A stretch of 64,000 bases of DNA, taken from positions 57,350,001 through 57,414,000 of the forward strand of contig NW_025963890.1 of the NCBI RefSeq assembly GCF_023055435.1, written 5' to 3'. This stretch comes from Haliotis rufescens. Its lineage: Eukaryota. The translations under genes and the position numbers were made by a program. The stretch's first letter is position 1. Every line of letters begins with the position of its first letter. A model generated the notes under the pieces. That model did no database searches, was not told where the DNA came from, and was given only the letters and a program-made list of their open reading frames with translations. Of this stretch, positions 53,748 to 64,000 are shown piece by piece.

Positions 53748-53937
53748 CAACATATACCCTTCCTGTGTTAAAAAGTAAAAATGAAAAAAATGGTACAAAT
53801 TAGGTATAAATGTAGCATCTTCCTCAGTGATTTCTATGACGTATCGGAAATTAAATCTGTGTTCAACCAATTTATCAAATACAATATGCTCTATCATTTT
53901 CACAAACATTGAAGCACCTACACACCACGAAGCTCTG

Positions 53938-54304
53938 AAGGTGAGGTGAGGTGAGTTGAGGTGAAATTGGGATTAACGTCGCGTCCAAGATTATTGCACT
54001 CATATAGCGACGTGCATGCAAGTGTGTGTGTGTGTGGCTGCTTGTACTAATCCGGACTGATGCCGATTTATAGTGCTAGCCCACTGAGATACCATGCCGC
54101 AGTTTAACATGAACACCCCACTCAGACACAGTATATTGACTCCGAGCCGACCAGTCCTTGTTTTAGACACCTTAATGCCGAGCGCCAGACAGGGTAACAA
54201 CAAGTACCATCTTTTAACGTCTTTTGGTATGACGCGGCCGGGGATCGAACCCGGACCTTCCGCTCTTCGGGCGGACGCTCTACCAATAGACCACGGAGGC
54301 GGTC
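53938..54304 (-). mobile_element. Full-length tRNA-derived SINE, family D (MetaSINE-like central domain)
   Basis: Minus strand: tggtctattggtagagcg A box, ggttcgatccc B box, gtcataccaaaagacgttaaaagatggtac...ctggcgctcggcattaagg core, (CTCAC)n tail. Confidence 0.8.
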
Positions 54305-54624
54305 CAAAGCACTGCAGACAATTATGAAGAGCACAGAAGAATACCAAGAACTTCCCATACACACAAGTTCACATTATTACCACCTTGATAGATATGTGAA
54401 ATAAATCAGCCCGCCTTTAGTGTAATGATCTAAGTGAGAGCTGACCTTATGGACGTCGGGCTTTACAGTGTAACGTTAGCAGCGCATTAGACCATTAACA
54501 AGTAACAAGTCAGGGCATCGAGGTCACACGAGAGAAATACACCTGATTGATTTATTTAGATGAACTTGAGTTCAATGCAAGTGTTTATCTACATGTATAT
54601 ATTGGTGTTTACTTGGGTTTTTGT

Positions 54625-54840
54625 GACACGCGACAAAACCCTTTCCATAAACATAAGAACTCTCTGGTAATAGCTGAGTCCAATGTGATTCCGAGCATAC
54701 CATGAGCATGTGTTTTTGAATCACTATCAAATAGTGATGATACCAGGTGTTCGCAAAAAGGTGAGCGTATCCTGGCGCCCGTCACAAACACGTACAAAGG
54801 CAAGTCAATTGTTCACCTGAAAAAAACATTGGAACATATG
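54625..54840 (-). mobile_element. Penelope-like 3' end fragment
   Basis: Homologous to 12455-12670. Confidence 0.65.
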
Positions 54841-55185
54841 ATGTAAAAAACAGTTTTTGTTCTCCCAGATCAAGCTGATAGAACTGACCGATTGTAACGT
54901 TTTACACACACATGTATATGTGTCGAAAACTGGGAAAACGCAATGACGATTTCTAACGTTAACGTTTGTAATAATAGAAATAATGATTTTACCCTCTCTG
55001 AAGCTTTATGTGCATTAAGTTGTGTTGATAGCCGGTAAACATACCGATATTATCAATGCTTTGCATTATTGTAGTTTGCTCCGATTGCAACGACCTTACG
55101 TTAATATGTTGTGAAATATGAAAAATACGCTTTCATCGTGTTACAGTTTATATTATATAGTTTGCATAGTTGTTGTATTTGTCTA

Positions 55186-56156
55186 CACTCAACCCCGGGT
55201 ATAACGATCACCTCAATATCAGATGGTAATCCACATAACTCAACCCTGGGTATAACGAACACCTCAATGTCAGATCGTAATCCACATAACTCAACTCCGG
55301 GTATAACGAACACCTCAATATCAGATCGTAATCCACATAACTCAACTCCGGGTATAACGAACACCTCAATATCCGATCGTAATCCACATAACTAAACCCT
55401 GGGTATAACGAACACCTCAATATCCGATCGTAATCCACATAACTCAACCCTGGGTATAACGAACACCTCAATATCAGATCGTAATCCACATAACTCAACC
55501 CTGGGTATAACGAACGCCTCAATATCAGATCGTAATCCACATAACTCAACCCTGGGTATAACGAACACCTCAATATCAGATCGTAATCCACATAACTCAA
55601 CCCTGGGTATTACGAACGCCTCAATATCAGATCGTAATCCACATAACTCAACCCTGGGTATAACGAACACCTCAATATCAGATCGTAATCCACATAACAC
55701 AACCCCGGGTGTAACGAACACCTCAATATCAGATCGTAATCCACATAACTCAACCCCGGGTATAACGAACACCTCAATATCCGATAGTAATCCACATAAC
55801 TCAACTCCGGGTATAACGAACACCTCAATATCCGATAGTAATCCACATAACTCAACTCCGGGTATAACGAACACCTCAATATCAGATCGTAATCCACATA
55901 ACTCAACTCCGGGTATAACGAACACCTCAATATCCGATCGTAATCCACATAACTCAACCCTGGGTATAACGAACACCTCAATATCAGATCGTAATCCACA
56001 TAACTCAACCCCGGGTATAACGAACACCTCAATATCCGATCGTAATCCACATAACTCAACCCTGGGTATAACGAACACCTCAATATCAGATCGTAATCCA
56101 CATAACTCAACCCCGGGTGTAACGAACACCTCAATATCAGATCGTAATCCACATAA
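55186..56156. repeat. 51-bp minisatellite, ~19 copies
   Basis: Unit aactcaaccctgggtataacgaacacctcaatatcagatcgtaatccacat. Confidence 0.97.
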
Positions 56157-56745
56157 ATGATATTAGTCGTGTACATGTGACCGTGATAGTCATGTTACTG
56201 TGTTGATCCCATGAACACATGATATTTCAGACCCGATGGTGTTTCTTTGTCTGTCAGCGCCGTTATCAAATGTTCGAATGTGACATGTCACATTTTAAAT
56301 GCATTACAGAGTGTTCATATTCACATAAACTGCGGGGCATAGGAAAGCATACACCCATATGTGATGGTGCGTTAATATGAAACAAACAAGAAATGGTTAG
56401 TAGATGATGATGTATTTGATACGGGTATCATAGTTGTGTTTTGGATCGCAAGTTTCCAGCGTTTCGGCTGCTGTTTTCAGACTAGTAACGTTTTGATAAG
56501 GTTTTTTTTGGTCACATCCAATTTTCAAGTATTTATTTTATTTTACCCGGCAGTTTGCGTATTAATTCTACTATTACTAACTCATACGTCGTACACTTGT
56601 TCGTGGTTTCTCCAAAGTGGTAAACGTCTAAGATCTGTGTCAATGTAGCTCTCATACACGCCATTTGAATTACTACACAAAACGGCGTAAAACCTTAATC
56701 CAATATGTGTCAGATGTGGTTCCTCACATGCTCTCATTGATAGGA

Positions 56746-56996
56746 GGGGGCACGAGTGACCAAGTCGTCTAAGTCGCCGCACTTCGTGCTGAGTTGCGTC
56801 CCTTGGGCACGCCAGAAACCTATGATTGTGGGTTCGCCCCGATTATGTTTCTAGGTTTGTCAACACCATACCCGTGTTCGTGGGTTTCACCGAAGTGGTA
56901 AACGCCTGAGACCTGCATCACTTCGGGCTTTCCTCCCACATTAAGCTGAGACGCCGTGATATAACGGGAATACTGTTAAAAGCGGCGTCAAACCAA
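56746..56996 (+). mobile_element. SINE family C
   Basis: Homologous to 57446-57722. Confidence 0.85.
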
Positions 56997-57080
56997 CAAA
57001 ATCATTATATGAAAATTAAATAAACGTTCGTAGAAACTGCTCCAGCACTTTATTGCTCTTCGTAAGTAGTGACGACCTAA

Positions 57081-57327
57081 TGTTTGTTTGTTTGTTTGTC
57101 TTTTTAACGCCGCGCTCAGCAATATTCCAGGTATATGGCGGCGATCTGTAAATAATCGATTCTGAACAGACAATCAACTGATTGTCATTATGAACATCGT
57201 TCCACAAAACTGGGATACGATGATATGCTTCAACCAAGTGAACGAGCGTGACCACCCGATCGCGTTAGTCGCTTCCTACGACAAACACGGTTTGCTGAAG
57301 ATCAATCTTTACCCGGATCTTCACGGG
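57081..57327 (-). mobile_element. SINE-like family B, full length
   Basis: 5' cccgtgaagatccggg, (AAAC)n tail. Confidence 0.85.
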
Positions 57328-57445
57328 TGGCGCACTAACAGATGGATGATCAGCTTCAGTGACTTGGTTGATTGTATGTCATTGTACTTAACGACGCAAT
57401 GGAATCTTGCTCATAGTATCATTCACTGGTTTGTAAAGCCTACGT

Positions 57446-57722
57446 GGGGCACGGGTGGCCCAGTCGTCTAAGGCGGCGCGACTCGCTGTGCACAGTTGAG
57501 TCCCTTTGGCACGCCAGGAACCTATAATTGTGGGTTCGAATCCCAGTTCGACCCTATTATGTTTCTAGGTTTGTCAGCACCATACCCGTGCTCGTGGGTT
57601 TCACCGAAGTGGTAAACGTCTGAGACCTGCATCACCTCGGGCTTTCCTCCCACATTAAGCTGAGACGCCGTGATATAACGGGAATACTGTTTAAAAGCGG
57701 GGTTAAACCTAACTCACTCACT
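57446..57722 (+). mobile_element. SINE family C, full length (tRNA-Leu-like head)
   Basis: ggtggcccagtcgtctaaggcg A box, ggttcgaatccc B box, imperfect TSD tgtaaagcctacg / tgtaaaacctatg. Confidence 0.88.
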
Positions 57723-59035
57723 GTAAAACCTATGATGGTTAGTTATCACAGATACATATAGATTGATTCTTCTGGAGACACTTATTCATTTGCAGCATGT
57801 ACATCCATTTAAACAATCGTGTAAAAATAAACGATAAACGAAATAAAATGTTTATATTTAAGAGCCAGTTTTGAAGATTTCTTCTCATATTCCATAAACA
57901 AAACAAGACATCAACATCAAATCACTTAATCGCTCAATATTAAATCATACCCCGACTGTTATAACCAGCAAAGGTCTAACGTTGATGTGTCCTGTGCCAA
58001 CAGCGAAAGGTAATACCATGTTACAAAGAAATTATGAAAACAGAAATAAGAAGAACTCTTTGACCCGATAATGTTTGGAAGCCATTGTAACGCTGTTTAA
58101 CCCAGTCGCCAAGCGTAACAGATGAATGTGTAACCACCGGCCATGTTACGTCACACTGGCCTATGGTCTGGTTTGTATGAAGTAATGAGGCTGGTCATGA
58201 GACCAAGTCCGGCTCATCTCTGTGATGTATGATCGTAGCCTCCCCAGTCACACACATATATATAAATTCAAGAATTTACCTGGTTCATATGATAGAACCG
58301 CTCGGAATACAACAGTGTTGACGTTTAGTATTGGTAAGTCTACCTTTTGATAACATTATTTTTACGATTATATATATATATTTATACAACAGTGTTGACG
58401 TTTAGTATTGGTAAGTCTACCTTTTGATAAAATTATTTTTACGATTTTATATATATATATCTAGTACATGAATGTTTCAAGTTTATTTGTTCTGGGTGAC
58501 AATGTTTTTTGTAGAGAATGACATCAATAATTAATAAATCTTACTTTTCATAATAATAGTACTCAAACAGTTGTAAAATTCAGGGTTCACTTTTGATAAA
58601 TATGATCATTCAAAATGACAAATTGATGTAAATATTTTAAAATCTGGATAATTGTATATTAATTTTATTCTTATCAATTTCTAACCATTTGGATAATTTT
58701 AATTATTCTGCAACCAGTTCTTCATCATTCTTTATCTTCAAGACTAACATAAAAGTGAAACGTATTTAGTCCCTTCTTCATTACTGCTATAAGCTCAGTT
58801 TTCCGGTAACAAAACTAGGCTGCATTTCCAAACAAACACATACTTTTGTGTGTGCGTGTGTGAGTGACGGTAGGGCAGATCATGGTTTACCTTTTCTCGA
58901 ACATCTGGTTACATCACTGATTTCCATTGATCCTTTCATAGAATTTTCACCACCATTTCGCACTTTCCACCCACTGGAAGCGAGGCTGGTAATACTCCAG
59001 CGTTGACGCTATATATTTACAGGATTATGTGAACA

Positions 59036-59250
59036 GAGTGAGTGGGTTGGGTTAACCGTCGCTTTTAACAGCATTCCAGTTATATCACGGCGTGTCAGCT
59101 TGATGTGGGAGGAAAGCCCGAAGTGATGCAAATCTAAAACCCACGAGCACGGATATGGTGCTGACAAACCAAGAACCATAGTCAGGGCGACCAAGGATTC
59201 GAACCCACAATCATAGGTTTCTGGTGTGCCAAAGGGACGCAACTCTGCAA
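59036..59250 (-). mobile_element. SINE family C, degenerate
   Basis: Homology to family C. Confidence 0.8.
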
Positions 59251-59385
59251 ACCCGTGCCATCTATGTGAACATAGATTAATTATATCAATTCATGAAATA
59301 TACATATACAATAACGTGTATTTGATCTGTATTGTGTGTGAGTTCAATATACTGTTACAATTGACATGCTTGTAATGATGTGGGA

Positions 59386-59598
59386 GTGAGTTGGGTTTAA
59401 CAGTATTCCAGTCATATCACGGCGTGTCAGCTTAATGTGGGAGGAAAGCCCCAAGAGATACAGGTCTTAGGCGTTTACCACTTCGGTGAAACCCACGAAC
59501 ACGGGTATGGTGCTGACAAACCTAGAAACATAATCGGGGCGAACCGGGATTCGAACCCACAATTGCGGCGCCTTAGACGACTGGGCCACCCGTGCCCC
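59386..59598 (-). mobile_element. SINE family C, short-head variant
   Basis: TSD taatgatgtggga / taatgctgtggga. Confidence 0.88.
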
Positions 59599-59858
59599 TA
59601 ATGCTGTGGGATCTAGGATTAGGGATCTGAGAGGACGCGAGGCGGATACTGACAACAGGAAGCTGAGAGTACATAGGTGTCATTTACGGTACAAAACGAG
59701 GGGCAAAGTGTAGAGTAGAAACATGAGTGTAACAACAATGTCTGATACTGGAAAATTCAGAATTCAAGTCTACATTTAGTTTCATTGTCAGAACTACTCA
59801 ATATTGTTATCTACTTTTTCCTAATTAGAGAACATTTATTTCAGAATAAGCAACAACA

Positions 59859-62074
59859 ATGAAGTACTTGATGATCTGTTTCGCAATGTCTGCATCCACA
59901 CTAGTGCACGGTAAGTGAGTGAGTGAGTTTGATTTTTCGCCGCTGTTAGCAACATTCCAGCAATATCACGGCGGTGGACACCAGAAATGGGCTTCACATT
60001 GTAGCCATGTCGGGAATCGAACCCGGGTCTTCAGCGTGACGAGCGAACGCTTTAACCACTAGGCTACCCGACCGCCCCACAGGGTTAGTGAATTTGTGCA
60101 CAGTAAATGGCACAATTCGATAACCACAGTGTCAATCTCAGGATCACTTATTGCTTTCTTTCATGTATGTCATACTCAACTGTTTGTAATAATCAGTTAG
60201 GCATTTCTGTAGCACCTAAATACCGAGAGCTGTCCAGAAAGAGCTTGCTCGTATGTTTTTTAAGAGGAATGTGTACAGTTCAGCTTCCAAAATTTGTGAT
60301 GTCGATTCTGTTACGGAGATGAGCTGAAGCTTGATCAATACCTCAGAAGCAGCTTTTGAAGAAGCGCTTTACAGATAAATAGATAATCTTTATATACTCG
60401 GTTATTCGAATATATATTATACGGGTATATGAATAAACAACAAATCTAGCACACAGAGTAAGCTTTGGCTATATTTACATTTGATGTAAACCCGATACAT
60501 TGTCAGAGTGAACGTATGTACATCTCAAGTCAATGGTGTTTGTTTTGGTCTATCTCTAGAACACACGCGCATGGACGTCGCTAAATAAGTGCAATAATCT
60601 TGGACGCGACGTTAAACCCAATTTCGCCTCATTTATCTCTAGACCTGTGTGACATTACTTGTCATGATAACTTCCAGCCCAAAGTTATAATAACACAAAA
60701 TGACACAACCCTTTCCATATCATCATGTGTTATGATTCACTACCAACAAGTGATGATACCAGGTCTTCGCGAAAAGGTGAGCGTATCCTGACCCACCGGT
60801 GGCACCCGTCACAAACACATGCAAAGGCAAGTCAATTGTTCACCTGAAAAAAACACGGGAACATATGGTACAAGTCAAAATAGGGAATTGGATGGGACAT
60901 CATTTTGGTCACTGATGCGTCAAATTTGGAAATGTCTATCATAAATTGTCTATCATAAAATGTTTCGAAAGCTCTCCTGGGGCCCTGAAAACCACATTCA
61001 CTCTAGCGCGAGTAAACTACAATACAGTAGAGTGTGCTTAACAAGTCAGATGCCAATACACCACATCTGCATAATTTAGAGTATATACTGTCTTGCAAAG
61101 AGAACTGAAAACGAGGAGCAAGAAGACGATGGTCAGTGATGCACTCTCGGATACAAGGGTGGTCTTCACTGACAGTGAAAGTAGAATACATAGACATGGT
61201 GACGACCAGAAAGACTCATCCTCCTAAACGATATAATAACGAAGTTTCATTGTATGTAGTTTTCGCACATTTTTTTCCAAATGCTTTCCAGATGAGTGTA
61301 TTATTTTAATGCAGAATTTTTTTATTTTTCTTATTATTTTTTTAAAAAATTTTTATTTATTTTTTTTAATTTATTTTTTAAATTAATGCAGAAATAGTGT
61401 AATGTGCTCAGCCCCATATTAAGATAACATGTATCTGATCAACAGTTGTCTGATCTACAGAGTGCTTTAGATTTCGATAGAGTAGATTCATTTCTATAAT
61501 TCAATGAACTTTCTTTGATTCAGGTCAATATTCCACCGGTAACGATCTATATTCAGGAGGACGCACCTCTTATGGAAATGGCTTCAACAAACAATACTAT
61601 GTCCAAAACCAAACACCTGGCACCAAGGATGTGGTACCTCACTTGATTCATCGAAGCCAACCTGTAGCCATCCCGGTCCCGAAAACCCAGTTTAACACCA
61701 TGTTCAACACACATGGTTACCTAGGCAACACCAACAGAAATACAAACGGTTACTACAGACACATCAACGGAAATGGTTATAATGACAACGTCCGCGTGAA
61801 CGAACTGAGCATCCAGATGTCCAGAAACAAAGGTTACCATAGCAACTCGGCTATGCTCCCATTACTGTTTGGGGTCGAACATGGATCCGAACAGATGGCA
61901 GCCCTGGGACTGATGATGAACTCAAGACAGGGCAACAACATGCTCCCCTTCTACATGATGAACCAAGGGTATGAGAACATGCTTCCCATGATGGCCTTCA
62001 TGAACCGCGGGAACCAGAGAGGCCAGAGGATGAACCCCTTCATGATGATGACTCTTCATGAAGCGATGAACTAA
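59859..62074 (+). CDS. Secreted Met-rich protein, copy 7 (200 aa), most divergent N-terminus
   Basis: join(59859..59910,61524..62074). Signal peptide MKYLMICFAMSASTLVHG|Q, donor CACG|GTAAGT, acceptor ttgattcag|GT CAA TAT TCC..., in frame with the ORF at 61631. Confidence 0.82.
59914..60078 (-). mobile_element. SINE family A inserted at the exon-2 donor of copy 7
   Basis: The tail (gtgagtgagt) begins within the GTAAGT donor. Confidence 0.9.
60700..60975 (-). mobile_element. Penelope-like 3' fragment in the intron of copy 7
   Basis: Homologous to 12455-12770. Confidence 0.7.
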
Positions 62075-62140
62075 AGAATTGACTAAACTGTGGCGTAATA
62101 TTTAAGTGAATGCGAGAGGTTGATTATTTATGTATGTTTG

Positions 62141-62233
62141 CTGCCCATGATGGCCTTCATTAACCGGGGCACCCAGAGAGGCCAGAGGGTGAACCCCTTG
62201 ATGATGATGACTCTGCATGAAGCGATGAACTAG
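62141..62233 (+). pseudogene. Orphan duplicate of the last 30 codons of the family (LPMMAFINRGTQRGQRVNPLMMMTLHEAMN*)
   Basis: Lies 67 nt after the copy 7 stop, is more diverged, and is followed by a unique 3' UTR. Confidence 0.9.
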
Positions 62234-63298
62234 GGGGAGAAGGAACATTTACCAAGGATTACGTATGCACCAGTTGAACATTCAACACGCACACGATAAT
62301 TATTTATAATGATTATGTATTAATTGATAGGTAATTGATTGAAATAATGAAACAGTAAATATCCATCCGATTAATATAATCGGGTTTCGTTTCGTAAAGT
62401 ACATCCAGGGTGTCTTTAAGCTAAACTCGTTTTTTTCATTCCAGATAACAAACAACAGTGAATATTGCTCGTGAATTGTCAGCGTTGGTTGGTTAAAAGT
62501 ACTTTATGGAAGAACGTATACATCACTCTTGACCGACTATTGAACATCGCATTAAATAGGTTAAGTGAACCCTTGATTTAAAAACTATCGCTTTAGATTT
62601 CGGCAAATAGAAAAAAAACCAGCAGTAATTATTTATCACGTTGTGTTTGTTAATTTATTGCATCCAAATATGCGTTAGTAACTATGAGTATGAATAGGTA
62701 CACAAGAAAAGCTGATCAAGGCCATGTATCTTCGTGTTTTATTCATGCCATCATTCATTGTCTGTATCGTGCGTTGTTCCCCCGACTGTCTTGTGTGTGA
62801 CACCGCTCATTAATATGCTAGACGTGTATCAGCCTTTGGTGTCTACCGAAGTAAAACATTAGGTAATGATTTGACCCTTGAGTTCATCACGCCAGCATTA
62901 CACATCGCTTCCATCAACGTAAAGACATGATGCATGATTCACATAGCTGTTGTCCGCTTGTAATTGATTGGGGCGTGGATTCTGTGGGCATGTAATGTTT
63001 CTATTTCGGATGGATGGGTTTATTTTGAATATACTTAGCATGTGTATTAATTCCAGGTATGGCCATGTCACTTTAAATTAACGACGTTTAAATTCTCACT
63101 TAATCCTATGTCTGTTGTTTGTCTGTCCAAACCATCTGATAGTGATTTTGATGGCTTCTTATAAATCCAATTACCTTGTCCATAGTTTCGTGCATTAGGA
63201 ATATAAACTAAAGGTGTTATTCTGCGTCAGTCTACACGTCTAACACTCAGAAGCATGACACAGAAAATGAATAAATGAGACTTTCACATTTGACGAGA

Positions 63299-63391
63299 GT
63301 ACAATGTGTGAAGCCCATTTCTGGTGTCCCCCGCCGTGATATTGCTGGAATGTTGCTAAAAGCGGCGTAAAACCATACTCACTCACTCACT
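63299..63391 (+). mobile_element. 5'-truncated SINE family A
   Basis: TCAC tail, TSD catttgacgaga / catctgacgaga. Confidence 0.85.
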
Positions 63392-63449
63392 CATCTGACG
63401 AGAATTCGCACCACATGTTGCTCAGTACTAGTTTTTGTTTTATCTAATA

Positions 63450-63617
63450 CAGTAAAGTACGGTTATAACGAACTCAAAGGGACTACTAATTTTATAACCG
63501 TAGTTCGTTATAAGCATATATACAGCATAACTACAGCAAATAGTCGGGACTAAAAAAGTATGTTCGTTATATCCGTCAGTTCGTTATAAGCGTGTTCGTT
63601 ATAGCCGTAGTTTATTG
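63450..63617. mobile_element. Tigger/pogo-like MITE
   Basis: Same family as 47169-47341; TA TSD. Confidence 0.82.
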
Positions 63618-64000
63618 TAGTTCTTATTTTCCATTCGGCAATTTTCAACTTTTCACCTTCATTGTACACATCAACGGCGATTATGTTTATTTGTGTATCT
63701 GTTATATCGTTTATGTTGACATAAACCTATCGAATGTTTTAACATGGTATATATTCAAATGTGAATCTATTTATTTATTTATAATGTATTTATAAATGAA
63801 GTCAGAATTAAGGAATTCAATGTTCCGTTCAATTATTTTTGATAATAAAATCATTTGTAAGTATTATACACAACGTCATTTTCTTTTTACTCTTACCATG
63901 CTGTTTGTATGCTGAACATTTGAGCGTATTCATACCACTTTGGGTACAATCATACCATTGTATGTTAATGTGTACCATCGTGCGAAATCTCATACTGGGA

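Noticed and set aside
52100-56176. Repeat ORFs of 30-bp and 51-bp units (MISPSLYGCN; EVFVIPGVELCGLRSDI)
   Set aside because: Minisatellites with unit lengths divisible by three, open on both strands; no splice or signal evidence.
58256-58460. Possible TATA and exon 1 of copy 7 (TATAAA 58261; donor TTG|GTAAGT 58333, duplicated ~77 bp later)
   Set aside because: Plausible, but no clear Inr and no homology to the other promoters; not supportable without transcripts.

Overview
Eukaryotic, AT-rich, intron- and TE-dense animal DNA. The SINE repertoire suggests a mollusc, probably a gastropod such as abalone; this is inference. The window is dominated by a tandem family of small secreted proteins that the ORF track only partly shows. 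Seven intact + strand genes have ATGs at 11147, 17952, 23959, 32961, 40508, 46942 and 59859. An eighth copy is an inverted, frameshifted pseudogene (41-6661, minus strand) with a 5.1-kb 26-bp satellite inside its intron 2. Each intact gene has a short signal-peptide exon ending in a phase-1 intron and a predicted mature chain starting with Gln. A variable Asn/Gly/Tyr/Gln-rich repeat region follows, then an almost invariant Met-rich C-terminal domain (21 Met in the last 73 aa of copy 1). Copies 1-5 are recent 5.9-9.0 kb tandem units with mosaic ancestry. Copies 6 and 7 have unalignable N-termini and introns but near-identical C-terminal DNA, and copy 7 still carries what looks like its displaced original 3' end. 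Spacers hold Penelope-like RT and LINE remnants, four SINE families, Tc1/mariner, Harbinger-like and Mutator-like elements, two hairpin-ended elements and three minisatellites. No prokaryotic genes, rRNA, true tRNA or CRISPR array. Gene models come from splice signals and paralog comparison, not transcript data.
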